Shown here: in pieces, positions 49,994-62,787 of the stretch | Numbering within the stretch: position 1 is the stretch's first letter | How the letters are laid out: every line of letters begins with the position of its first letter | Assembly: GCF_963921235.1 (NCBI RefSeq) | Contig: NC_086097.1 | Location: 31,684,001 to 31,748,000, forward strand | Length of the DNA stretch: 64,000 nucleotides | Reading direction: 5' to 3' | From: Mobula hypostoma | Lineage: Eukaryota | Made by a program: the position numbers and the translations under genes | Notes under the pieces: generated by a model | Told to the model about the DNA's origin: nothing | Databases searched by the model: none | What the model saw: the letters and a program-made list of their open reading frames with translations, nothing else

Positions 49994-52009
49994 TCTCCAG
50001 AGTTCCAAATAAATACTCTTCTGCTGCCCTCCTCCTCACACAGTTATCTAGCACAGAAACAGTTGTTACAACCCAGCTCATCCTTGCCAGCCAAGGGGTC
50101 TTGCATTAAAAACAAATCTATCATTTGCCTTCCTGATGCTTGTACATCCAAACAATCAGGGACTCCTTTACAAAACCTCATGTAATTTTCAAGCGTACTC
50201 ATTCATTTTAGTTATAGGGAAATGTTAAATAGGTTAGGATTTTATTCCCTGGAGCATAGGAGAATGAGGAGATATTTGATAGAGGTATACAAATTTATGA
50301 GAGGTTTAGATAGGCTATGATTTAGGTCGATGGAACCAGGCCGAATGATAGTTTAGCCCAGACTAGAAGGGCCAAATGGCCTTTTTTGTGCTGTAATGCT
50401 CTACGACTCTTCAGATTTTAAAGTTTCTTTGCTGGAGAATGAGGAAGAACTTCAACTGCTCTGGGATATAATACCTGAGAGGGTTGTGCAATTGTGTACA
50501 GCTCTGGTTGCCTCATTACAGAAAGGACCTGGAGGGTTTGGTTTATCAGGATGCTGCCTGGATTAGAGAGCATTAACTATAAGTAGAGGCTGGATAAAAT
50601 TGCATTGTTTTCTCTGGAGTGTCAGGGGGATCACCTGATAGAAGTTTAGAAAATTATGAGAGGCATGGGTAGAATCTCTTTCCTAGAGTAGAAATGTCAA
50701 ATACTTGAGGGCATGCATTTAAGATAAGAGGGGGAAAAGTTTAAAGGAGATGTGTGGAGCAAGTATTTTGCACAGAGTTGTGGGTGCCAGGACTGTGCTG
50801 CCAGGGGTGGAGGTAGAGGCAGATACAGTAGAGGCATTTAGGAGGCTGTTAGACACATGGTAGAACATAGATCAGTACAGTACAGACCCTTCAACCCATG
50901 ATGTTGTGCCAACCCTTTAACCTGTTCCAAGATCAATGAGGGACTATGGATCATGTATTTAGTTTATTTCAGCAGGGTGTCTGGCTCAGGAATCAGATTC
51001 TGATTGATCATGAACCGAAGGGCCTGATCCAAGTGTAGTACTGTCCTACATTCTGATCTCTGTAAGCAGATCCTAACAGAACTTGTAGTGGGAAATGGGA
51101 TAATTTGTTGAGCAGTGGTAATTTACAATGAAGCAGGAGAAACGTGCTCGTAGTTGGAGAACTCTTTCAATAAGACAGCACGGAAACACGGGGCCAAGTG
51201 GCATCTGTCCACACTGTGAGATTGCACAACTTTATTTCCAATTTAATTCAAGATTCTGTGCCAAACCATCCAAGGAATTGTGTGTATTCCCTGTGGATGC
51301 ACACCGGATCTCTGTACTTGAAGCAGATAGAACATAGGTCAGTACAGTACAGTACGTGCCAACCCCTTAACCTATTCCAAGATCAATCTAACCCTCCATT
51401 TTTCTTTCATCCACATGCCTGTCTAAGAGTCTCTTAAACATTATATCTGCCTCTACCACCTCTTCCTGGCACCACACTCCATACACCCAACTATCTCTGA
51501 GTACAAAACTTCATTCTGACATCCCCCCTATACTTTCCTCCAATCCCCTTAAAATTATGCCCCCTTGTATTAGCCATTTCCACCCTGGGGAGAAATCTAT
51601 GCTTTTTCTGGTCTTACATATTTCTATCACGTCCCTTTTATCCTCCTTCTCTCCAAGGAAAAGCCCTAGCTCACTCAATCATCTCACAAGTATGCCTTCT
51701 AATCCAGGCCGCATACTGGAAAATCTCCTCTGCACCTTCTCCAAAGCTGTCACACCCTTAATGGAATAGTTGATGGGAATGTGGAGAAATTAAAATCTGA
51801 GTAATGCAGAACTCGTGTAATTCAGGGGTTTCCCAATCTTTTTTCATGCCATGAACCAATGCCATAAAGCAAGGGGTGTGTGGACTCCAGAGTGGGAACC
51901 CCTGTTGTAACTCCAGAGTGGGAACCCCTGTTGTAAATGAATGTTAGATTCAGATTCAGATGTATTTATTTATCTATCACCTGTGCATCAAAAACATACA
52001 GTGAAATGT

Positions 52010-52432
52010 GTTTCTCCCCCCCTTCACCTTTCCCCATCCCTTTTTCCCTCTCCCACTAATCTCCTTGCCTGCCCATTGCCTCCCTCTGGTGCTCCTTCCC
52101 CATCTCCCCCCGCCTTTCCTTCTTCCATGGCCTTTTGTCCTCTCCTATTAGATTCTCTCTTCTCCAGCCCTGTATCTCTTTCACCAATAAACTTCCCAGC
52201 TCTTTACTTCATCCCTCCTCCTTCAGGTTTCACCCATCAGCTCGTGTTTCTCTCTCTCCTCCCTCCGTCTTTTAAACCTGCTCCTCGTCTTTTTTATCTC
52301 CAGTCCTGCTGAAGGGTCTCGGTCCGAAACGTCGACTGTACTTTTTTCCATAGATGCTGCCTGGTTCTGCTGAGTTCCTCCAGCATTTTGTGTGTGTTGC
52401 TTGGGTTTCCGCCATCTGCAGATTTTCTCTTG
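52010..52432 (+). mobile_element. Penelope-derived element with hammerhead-like motif at 52302-52337
   Basis: Pyrimidine tract, then AGTC-CTGCTGA-AGGGTCTCGGTCC-GAAA-CGTC-GACT and the shared terminal segment; a similar copy lies at ~53935-54310. Confidence 0.75.
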
Positions 52433-54381
52433 TTAGTGAAACATGTTTGCTTCAACAGCCAACACACCCAAGGATGTGCTGGAGGTAGTCCACAAGTGTC
52501 ACCACACATTCCAGCGCCAACATAGCACGCCCACAATGTTCAGCAGCAACAACTACAACAGCAGCAAAACAAGACCCTTTCTCTCCCTACCACTCATTAC
52601 CCACATCCACAACACACAGGCAGGCCTCCAACACCAGGACAGGCCACCTCCAGGCCTTTTTTTCATTAAATGCAATCGTGAACAATAGCCAGATCAGAAA
52701 TGCTGATCAAATCAACTAGTTCCCAAAGAGAACTCTGATAGGCCAATCAGATGGTTCACTGCTACTCAGCAACAGAACACAAAAAAATCATATGTACAAT
52801 TAAGAAACATTAAAAAATAGTAGAAATACTGGAGTCATGCTCTTTGTCCTGGACTCTCTGACTTGCAGACATTGGGCCTCTAACCTCCAAGCTCCTGTTT
52901 CCATGCTGTATCACTCTCTATAGAGTTTTAGAGTCACAGTGCACTACAGCACAGAAACAGGCTCTCCAACCCATCTAGTCTACTAAACTGTTAGTCTGCC
53001 CAGTCCCATCGACCCACGCCTGACCGTATCCCTCATGTCCACGTACCTATCCAAACTTGCCTTAACTGTTACAATCGAACCTGCACCCACCACTTCTGCT
53101 GGCAGCTTGTTCCACAATCACACCTCCTGAGTGAAGAGGTCCCCCTTAGATATTTCACCTTTTACCCTAAACCCATGGCCTCCAGTTCTAGTCTCACCCA
53201 ACCTCCATGGAAAAAGCCTCCTAGGTCTCAATAATTATTTCATTTCAACTTCAACACAGCTTGCGAACTGCATCTCTGCCTAGAAGTGTTGGAATGGTTA
53301 CAGCTGCTCATTTGCTGGCTAGCTTAGGTTCTAATAAATCGGGCACAGTTAAGTTGACTGGTTGTGTATAGGCACTGTGCATGATTGTAGGTGTCCACTG
53401 TAGCCGAGCCATGGAATGAGCTGTGTTTTTTTTAAATTATTTGTTACACGTGCTAAGGGATATTTGGGCTCTGGCTAGGAAAAAAGAATTTACAGATTAG
53501 CTTTATTTGACGCTCATGCATTGAAACATCAAGGCATGCGGTGAGATGCATCATTTGCGACAGTGACCAGCACAGTCTGAGGATGTGCCAAGGGCAGCCC
53601 ACAAGTGTCGCCAACATAACATGCCCGCAGCTTACTAACCCTAACTCCAGGTTAGCTTTATTTGTCGCATGTCTATCAAACAAACTGTGAAAGGTGTCAT
53701 TCGCATCAAATCAATCTGCAAGGATTGTGCTGGAGGCAGCCCACAAGTATAACCATGCTTCCAGCGCCACCTTAGCATGCTCTTAAATTACTAACCCTGA
53801 ATGTACGTCCTGGCAATGTGGGAGGAAACTGAAGCACCTGGAGGGAACTCACGTGGTCATGGAGCGAATGTACGAACTCCTTACAGACCAATGGCATTCA
53901 GTGATTGAAGGAGCTGTAAGACGATTGCACTAATTGCTCCTCCACCCAACCTACCTCCTTGCCTTTACTCCTGGTCCAATGTCCTCTCCTATTAGGTTCC
54001 TTCTGAAACCCTCTGCTTCTTCCACCTATCCTCTCCAGTTTCTTACATCTTTCACTTCCGTCCTTCCTCTCCTGACCCACGCACCTTCTCCCTCACCTGG
54101 TCTCACCTATCACCTGCCAGCTTGTACTCCTTCCTTTTCCCCCACCTTCTTATTCTGACTTCTGCCCCCTTTCTTTCCAATCCTGATGAAGGGTCTCAGC
54201 CTGAATCGTTGACCATTCATCCCCTCTGTAGATGTTGCCTGATCTGCTGAGTTCCTCCAGTGTTTTGTGTGTGTTGCTCCGGATTTCCTGCATCTGTAGA
54301 ATCTTTGATGTCCCCCCCCCCCCCCCGCATTCTGAGTTCTTCTCCCCCGCTGAGTCGCTATCTGATATGCTTTGGGCCCAG

Positions 54382-54567
54382 GCCTGCGAGATGTTCCAGG
54401 AACGCCTCCTGTGGGAAACGAAGATCGCGACGCTGGAAGAAGCTTTGGCCACTCGGGAAATGGAGTTCAAGGCAAGCCAGCAGACCCTGATGAAGCTGGC
54501 CTCTGAGGCGGGGAAAGCCCAGGATGTGGCAGCATCCTTCAACCAGGACATGAAGGTTGTCAGGAAG
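54382..54567 (+). CDS. CCDC170: CCDC170-like exon (186 nt)
   Basis: KIATLEEALATREMEFKASQQTLMKLASE resembles CCDC170 QIVILEETINVHEMEAKASRETIMRLASE (recalled); CAG/GTAAGA; phase 0 to 0. Confidence 0.9.
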
Positions 54568-56114
54568 GTAAGAGAACAGGGCTTTTGGGAAATCCTACCT
54601 AGGAATACGGGCCATTACAGGTTTGTGCTGGTTGATTCTCCACATAAGCCCTTCATCGCACTGTCTCTTTCTCTGTGTTTGCCATCTCCCACACCATTTC
54701 ATCCAGCTGCTCCCAAGCAGAGTTACTGTTGTCAGAGGCATACATGTCCAGGGTATAAATGCCATGAAAATTAAATTGCTAAATTGGTTTATTATTATCA
54801 GCAATGTATCAAGGTACAGTGAAAAACTGGTCTGCACACCATTCATACAGATCAGTTCATTACCACTGTGCATTGATGTAGCACAAGGGAAAACAATAAC
54901 AAAGTGCGGAGTAAAATGTTGCAGTCACACAGAAAGTGCAACGCAGGCAGAAAATAAGTTGCAAGGTCATAACAAGGTAGATTATGGGATCAAGGGTCCA
55001 TTTTATCATTCCAGGGAGCTGTTCAAATCTTAAAACAGCAGGGTAGAGACTCCTTAAGCCTGATGATGCACGCTTTCAGGCTTTTGTATCTTCTGCCCGA
55101 TGGCAAGGGAGAGAAGAGAGAGTGTCTTCTGGGGTGGGTGGGGTCTTTGATTACGCTGGCTGCTTTACTGAGGCAGTGAGAAGTATAGGTGTAGACCATG
55201 GAGAGGAGGTTGGTTTCCGTGATGTGCTGAGCTTTATCTACAACTCTCCGTAGTTTCTTCAAGTCACAGGAGCAATTGCCGATCAGGAGCGTGATGTATC
55301 TGGATAAGGTGCTTTCTATGGTGCATCAATAAAAATCGGTGCGGGTCAAAGGGTGCATGAAAAATTTCTTTAGCTTCCAGAGGAAGTAGAGATGTTGGTC
55401 AGTTTTGGTCGTGGCAACCAGATGGTTGGACTAGGACAGATAGTTGGAGATGTTCACTCCCAGAAACTTGAAACTCTCAAATGCAGCAGCAAGATACATT
55501 GCAGGACAAGGGCAAACATAGATTATCATAAACTTCCATGTGCACAAAACAAACTGTGACAAAATCACTACTGTAAGGTGGGGAGGAGGGAAGAGAGAAA
55601 AGAGATGGGGAGAGAGAGAGGGAGAGGGAAAGAGAGATAGAGAGGGAGAGTGGGAGGGAGAAAAAAGAAAGTCCAAGGCAGTGTGAGGTATTTTCAGATG
55701 GGTTCAAGGACCTGATGGCAGTGGGGAAGAAGCTGTTGTTGAACATTAAGGTGCAGCTCTTCAGGTTTCTGTAATTCCTACTTGATGGCAGTAACGAGAA
55801 GAGGGCATAGCCTGGATGATGGGGTCCCTGATGATGGATGGATGGATGTTGCTTCTTGTAGGTGTTCTGCAATGGTGGGGAGAGCTGTACCTGTGATGGA
55901 ACTGGTTGAGTCCCACACTCTCTGTAGCATCCTGCGTTCCTGCACATGGGAGTTTCTATTCCTATGGGATTGAGTTCTCTGGGGAGGAGAGTTTCTCCTC
56001 AATCGCCAGTTGGACTTTCTAGTGACTGCCTGATGTCAGTAGCTTCCAGCTCTCTAGACATGGAAATTTCTCAGCAACCAAGGATCCGACCCAATTTTGT
56101 GTTATTACACCATA

Positions 56115-57110
56115 AGGTCATAAGACATAAGAGCGTAAATAGGCCATTCATCTCATCCAATCTTCTCCACCATTCGGTCATGGCTGATTTATTTTCCCTC
56201 TAAACCATAACCTTTGATGCTCTTACTAATCAAGAACCTATCAACCTCTGCTTTAAATATACTCAATGACTTGGCCTCCATAGCTGCCTGTAGCAATGAA
56301 TTCCATAAATTAACCACTCTCTGATTAAGGAAATTCCTCCTCATCTCTGTTCTAAAGGGATCCTTCTATTCTGAGACTCCCAGTCTTAGACTCTCCCACT
56401 ATAGAAAATATCATCTCCAAGTCCACTCTATCTACATAGGCCTTTCAATATTCAATAGGTTTCAATGAGATACCCCCATAATTTTCTGAACTCCAGTGAG
56501 TACAGGCCCAGGGCCATCAATTGCTCTTCATACATTAACCCTTTCATTTCCAGGATTATTCTCGTGAACCATCTTGGACCCTCTGTTCTTGCCTCAACTA
56601 CTTTCTCTGGCAGTTGATTCCATATAGATACCAACCTCTGTGTGAAAAGGTTGCCCCTTAAGTTCCTTTTAAAAATTTCCCCAGTCACCTTAAACCTCTA
56701 CCCTCTAGTTTTTGATTCCTTAACCTTGTGAAAAAGACTGAGTGCATTCACCCTATCTATGCCCCTTGTGATTTTATATGTCTCTATAAGTCACGGCCCA
56801 GTCTCCTACGCTCTAAGAAATAAAGTCCAAACTTGTCCTACCTCGCCCGATAACTCAGTCACTTAGGTCCTAGCAAAGTACTTTTAAGTCATTTCCAGTT
56901 AATAACATCTTTCCTATAGCAAGGTGACCAAAACTGAACGCAATACTCCGTTCAGCCTTATCACTGGCTTATACAACCACTCTATGTCCTCTCAACTTGT
57001 AGACTCAGTGCCCTGACTGACTAAGACCAGTTTGCCAAAAGCCTTCTTCACCACCTTGTCTACTTGTGACCCTACTTTAAGTGAATCTTGCACTTATAGT
57101 TCCAGGTCCC
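56115..57110 (-). mobile_element. Degraded CR1 3' fragments
   Basis: FKRNLRGNLFTQRLVSIWNQLPE; GLYSLEFRKL-G-LIETY. Confidence 0.8.
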
Positions 57111-57419
57111 TGCAATTTCAAACTTCTGCCTCCTCTTGTCCTCAATGGTACTGGGAGAGTTGCCCCAGTTTCTCAAGTCTCCTCTCAACCCCTTCACTCC
57201 TGGTCTTATTTTGGTGACCTTTCCTCCTTGACTTTTACCAGGCTTCCATAATGTGGTGCAGTGCGACACAGGGGAACCAGAGAGAGAGTCAACTAAAGTT
57301 TATTGTCATGTGCAAAAGTCCATGCAATGATAAACTTACTTGCAGCAGCATCACAGACACAAAGCATCAGATAAGCAGAATTCAAGAAATAAACATAAAT
57401 TAAGTGCTATTCTTACAAG

Positions 57420-58560
57420 TAAGACATTTGATAAGGTTCCCCATGCAAGGCTTATTCAGAAAGTAAGGAGGCGTGGGATCCAAGGAGACATTGCTTTGTG
57501 GATCCAGAACTGACTTGCCCACGGAAGGTGGTTGGAAATGATTCATATTCTGCATGGAGGACAGTGACCAGTGGTGTTCCACAGGGATCTGTTCTGGGAC
57601 TCCTCCTCTTTGTGATTTTTATAAGTGACCTGGATGAGGAAGTAGAAGAGTAAGTTTGCTGATGATACAAAAGTTGAGGGTGTTGTGGATAGTCTGGAGG
57701 GTTGTCAGAGGTTACAGCACAACATCGATAGGATGTAGAACTGGGCTGAGATCTGGCAGATGGAGTTCAACTCAGGTAAGTGGGAAGTGGTTCATTTTAG
57801 TGGTCAAATTTGAAGACAGAATATAATATTAATGGTAAAACTCTTGGCAGTGTGGAGGATCAGTAAGATCTTGGGCTCCGTGCCCATAGGACACTCAAAG
57901 CTGCTGCGCAGGTTGACAGTGTTGTTAAGAAAATGTATTGTGTGTTGGCCTTAATCAACCGTGGGATTGAGTTCAAGAACCGTGAGGTAATGTTACAGCT
58001 ATATAAGACCTTAGTTAGACCCCACTTGGAGTACTGTGTTCAGTTCTGGTCACTTCGTTACAGGAAGGATATGGATACTACAGAGAGAGTGCAGAGGAGA
58101 TTTACAAGGATGTTGCCTGGATTGGAGGGCATGCCTTATGAGAATGGGTTGAGTGAACTTGGCCTTTCTCCATGGAGCAACAGAGGATGAGAGATGGCCT
58201 GATAGAGGTGTACAAGATAATGAGAGCCATTGATTTTGTGGATAGCAGAGGCTTTTTCCCAGAGCTCAAATGGCTAACACGAGGGGGCATAGCTTTAAGG
58301 CGCTTGGAAGTAGGCACAAGGGGGATGTCAGAGGTAAGTTTTTCACACAGAGAGTGGTGGGTGCTTAGAATGCACTGCTAGTGAGAGGCAGATACAATAG
58401 GGTCTTTTAAGAGACTCTTAGATAGGTACATGGAGCTTAGAAAAATCGAGGGCTATGCGGTAGGGAAATTCTAGGCAGTTTCTAGAGTAGGTTACATGGT
58501 CGGCACAATATTGTGGGCTGAAGGGCCTGTAATGTGCTGTAGATTTTTATATTTCTATGG
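57420..58560 (+). mobile_element. CR1 LINE RT and 3' fragment
   Basis: FDKVPH, PQGSVLG, FADD codons; ORF 57933 GIEFKNREVMLQLYKTLVRPHLEYCVQFWS. Confidence 0.9.
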
Positions 58561-59004
58561 AAGAAAGGACATAATTAGAACTAAAAATAAAGCCCATTTA
58601 GAATGAGGTGATCTAAGTAGTCATGGTGTTGGTAAACTCTGGTGATTAGGATTGTGAACAGCGCTATTATTGTTGGACAAATCGCAGGTGATGATGAGCC
58701 ATTGTACAGGTGTGAGGTAGGATACAACTGCTTGAGTGGTGCTGCAGCAATTTCTCACTCAGTGTCAGTAAATCTAAAGATCTGTTTGTTGACTTCAGGA
58801 GGGGGAAGGATGCGCCACTCCACATTGGTGGATCAATGGGATTGGTGGTGGAGAGAGTCAGATTACATGAGCTTTATTTGTCACATGTACATCGAGAAAT
58901 ACACAAATATGCAGTGAGATGTGTGGACATCAATAACCAACACGGTCTGAGGGTTGTGCTTGGGGCAGCCCACCAGTGTCACCGTGCTTGCCCACAACTT
59001 ATAC

Positions 59005-60650
59005 AGGTTTTCGAGGAAATTACAAGGAAAGTTGATGAAGACGCGGCAGTGGATTTTGTCTACGTGGACTTTAGAAAGGTCCTGCATGGGATGTTGGTCG
59101 AGAAGGTTCAGTGGCTTGGCATTGAGGATGAGGCTGTAAATTGGGTTAGACATTGGCTTTACGGGAGAAGCCAGAGAGTGGTGGTAGGTGGTTGCCTCTC
59201 CGACTGGAGGTCTGTGACTAGTGGTGCGTCACAGGGTTCGGTGCTCGGTCTTTTGTTCTTTGTCATCTATATCAATGATCTGGATGATAACGTGGTAAAT
59301 TGGATCAGCAAATTTGCAGATGATACTAGGACAGGAGGTGTAGTGGACAGCGAGGAAGACTATCGAAGCTTGCAGCAGGATCTGGACTAGCTGGAAAAAT
59401 GGGCTGAAAATGACAGATGAAATTGCAGACAAGTGTGAGGTGTTGCACTTTGGGAGGACCAACCAGGGTAGGACTTACGTGGAGAGCTGTAGGGTACTAA
59501 GGACTGAGGTAGACAGATGGATCTGGGAATACAGATCCATAATTCCTTGAAAGTTGTATCATAGGTGGATAGGGTCATAAAGAGAGCTTTTGGCCTTCAT
59601 AAATTAAAGTATTGTGTGTGTTGCTATTGAGTACAGGAGTTGGAATGCTATGTTGAAGTCATATAAGATGGTGGTGAGGCCTAATTTGGAGTTTTGTTTA
59701 CAATTCTGGTCACCTACCTACAGGAAAGATATCAATAAGATTGAAAGAGTGCAGAGAAAAGCTACAAGGATGTTGCTGGGACTTGAGGACCTGAGTTATA
59801 GGAAAAGGTTGAATAGGTTGAGACTTTATTCTCTGGAGCGTAGGAGAAAGAGGGGAGATTTGACAAAATGTACATCAGGTAAATTCAAGCAAACTTTGTC
59901 ACTGAGGATGGGTGAGACTAAAACTAGAGGTCATAGGTTAAGAGTGAAAGGTGAAATGTTTAAGAGAAACAAGAAGGGGAACTTCTTCACTCAGGGGGTG
60001 GTGTGAGTGTGAAATGAGCTGCCAGAGGAAGTAGTGGATGCAGGTTTGATTTCAATATTTAAGAGAGATTTTGATAAGTATATGGATAGGAGGCGTATGG
60101 AATGCTATGGTCTTTGTGCAACTCAATGGGACTAGGCAGAATAACTGTTCAGCACAGATTAGATGGGCCAAAGGGCCCCTTTCTGTGCTATAGTGCTCCA
60201 TAATTCTATGTACCAAGGTACAGTGAAAGGATTTATTGCAAGGTTGAGTGAGCGAGGGCTTTTTCCTTCAAAGGAAAGGAGGGTGAGAGGTGGCTTGATA
60301 GAGGTGTACAAGATGATAAGAGGCGTGGATAGGGTGGCCAGCCGGAGACTTTCTTCCAGGGCAGAAATAGCTAATATGAGGAGACATAATTTTAAGATGA
60401 TTCGAGGAAAGTATAGGCAGGGTGCCAGTGGTAGGTTTTTTGACACAGAGAGTGGTGGGTATGTGGAACACACTGCTAGGAGTGGTGGCTGAGGCAGATA
60501 TATTACCAAGGTTTAAGAGACTCTTGGAGAGGCACATAGGTGATGGAAAATGGAGTGCAATGTGGAAGGGAAGTGTTAGATTGATCTTGGAGTAGGTTAA
60601 AAGGTAAGCACGACATTGAGGGCCCAGGGACCTGTACTGTGCTATATTCT
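59005..60650 (+). mobile_element. CR1 LINE RT and 3' fragments
   Basis: [19 protein letters not shown]...KFADD; VRPNLEFCLQFWSPTYRKD; second 3' fragment at 60235-60650. Confidence 0.9.
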
Positions 60651-61096
60651 AAATTGCACTCTGATCTGACAGATCAGCTGTGGGCAACATAGTAGCATAG
60701 AAGTTACTCAAAGGCATTACATCGGCATTGACTCGGGTTCAATTCCCACCGCCGTAGGCAAGGAGATTTGCAATCTCCCTGTGACCGCATGTGTTTCCCC
60801 CAGGTGCTCCGGTTTCCTCCCACATCCAATGATGTACAGGGTTAGCAGGTTAATGGTGGCACAGGTGTGATTTTGTAGCAAGGGCACTTTGAGCTAGAAG
60901 GGCCTGTTACCATGCTGAATCTCTAAATAAATAAACAATTAGACACGACCTGAGGTAGTAAAAGCTAAAACAGTAACGTAATGAAGGATAAGGTGTAACA
61001 GCTACAGAGGAAGTGTAGTACAGGTGGGTTGGGCTGAAGGTCCGGTCCTGTTTGTGTGCTGTCCTCTCACACGTGTCTGCTGCCCTTTCCCCGCAG

Positions 61097-61414
61097 GAGA
61101 GAGACGAAGCCCTGCTTCTGAAGGCCGCAGCCGAGCGGGAGAGTGAGCTGCTGCGCGAAAGGCTGGCGGACAGCCAGTTCGCCCTGGGCACCGCTTGCCA
61201 GGCCCAAGTGCGCCAGGAGAGGCGGGCGACTGACCTGGGCGAGGAGCTGCGTGCCAGCACCCAACAGAGTAAAGCTACCCGAGCCCTGCACCAGGGACTC
61301 CTCGAGCAGCTGGCAGCCCTGCTCAGCAACGGCCTGGGCACCGCCCCTGCTACTGAGGAGGCCGTCAAAGGCAAAGTGAGGGAGCTGAGTGGGAGAGACC
61401 GCACTTGGACAGCG
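61097..61414 (+). CDS. CCDC170: CCDC170-like exon (318 nt); gene continues beyond the window
   Basis: KAAAERESELLRERL...LEQLAALLSNG...ATEEAVKGKVREL resembles CCDC170 KEALEREVKIFQERL...REKIAALLRG...STEDTILEKIREM (recalled); CCCTTTCCCCGCAG/GTGAGT; phase 0 to 0. Confidence 0.9.
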
Positions 61415-61569
61415 GTGAGTATCCGGGGCAGTGAACCCCCCCCCCGCCAAGTATCAGAAGTTTTAGAGGGAAAACAGGAGGGCAAAAAGAGGGGATGGGA
61501 TAGATTGGGCAGGCAGGTTAAAAGTTCATCCAAAGAGGTTCTTCAGTTATGTTATCAACACAAGAGCCC

Positions 61570-62480
61570 CTGCAGATGCTGAAAGTCCAAAGCAAAACAC
61601 ACAAAATGCTGGAGGCACTCAGCAGATCAGACAACATCTATGGAGGGGAATAAAGAGTTTTTTGGGCCATGACCCTTCATCAGGACCGGAAGGAAGGGGT
61701 CAGAATCCAGAATAAGAAGATGGGGGGAGAGAAGGAGAACAAGCTGGCAGATGATACCTGAGACCAGGTGAATGGAAAGGTGAGTGGGTGGGGGAAGGGG
61801 GATGAACTGAGAAGCTGGGAAGAGATGGGTGGTAGAGATAAGGGGCTGAAGAAGAAGGGATCTGATAAGAGAGGAGAGTAGGCATGGGAGAAAAAGAAGG
61901 AAGAGGAGGACTGGCGGGGGGAAGGGGTGATGTGAAATTGAGGAGAAGAAAAGGGGTAAGAGGAGAGCCAGGAAGGGGAATGGAAAAAGGGAGAAGGGAA
62001 AGGGGAAAGAAATTACTGGAAGTTGGAGAAATCGATGTTCATGCCATCAGGTTGGAGGCTACGCAGGAGAAACATGAGGTGTTGCTGCTCCAACCTGATA
62101 GTGGCGTCGTTGTGGCAGTAGAGAAAGCCAGGCAGAGAGAAAGCCAGGCACAGACATGTCAGAATAAGATGGGAAGTCAAATTGTAATGGGCAGTGGCTA
62201 CTGGGAAATCCTGTCTGTTGCAGAAGGAGTGAAAGTGCTTGACAAAGCGGTCCCCCAATCTATGTCAGGTCTCACTGGTGTAGAGGAGGTTGCACCAGTA
62301 GCACTGATACAGTAGGCATCCCTGACAGACCCACTGATGAAGTGTTGCCTCACTTGGAAGAACTGTTCTGGGCCCTGAATGTTCGTAAGAGAGGAGGTGA
62401 AGGGGCAGGTGTAGCACTTCTGCCTCTTGCAGGGATAAGTGCCAGGAAGGTGATCAGTGGGGAGGGATGCATGGACAAGA
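61570..62480 (-). mobile_element. Penelope-like element with degraded GIY-YIG endonuclease
   Basis: PGTYPCKRQKCYTCPF...QVRQHF...YCI...CNLLYTSET*HRLGDRF...LEQQHLMFLLRSLQPDGMNIDFSNF, then pyrimidine tail and hammerhead-like remnant (~61655-61687). Confidence 0.88.
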
Positions 62481-62787
62481 ATTTCAGGATAAATTCCTCT
62501 GATATTAAATGGAACTATTGAATTATTGAACAAGGGATTCACAGGGATACTAACAACACAAGGATGACTAGAGAGGGACTAGATCCTCTCAAGGACCATC
62601 AGGGCTGCTTACGTTTAGAACTGCAGGACATGGCCAAAGACAAATATAATGTTAACATGCATTTCAAGGGGACTAGAATATAAAGGTAAGCATATAATGC
62701 TGAAACTTAATAAGACATTGTTTAGACTGCATTTAGTACATTGGAAGCAGTTTTGGGTCACTTATCTATGAAAGGATGTGCTGGTAT

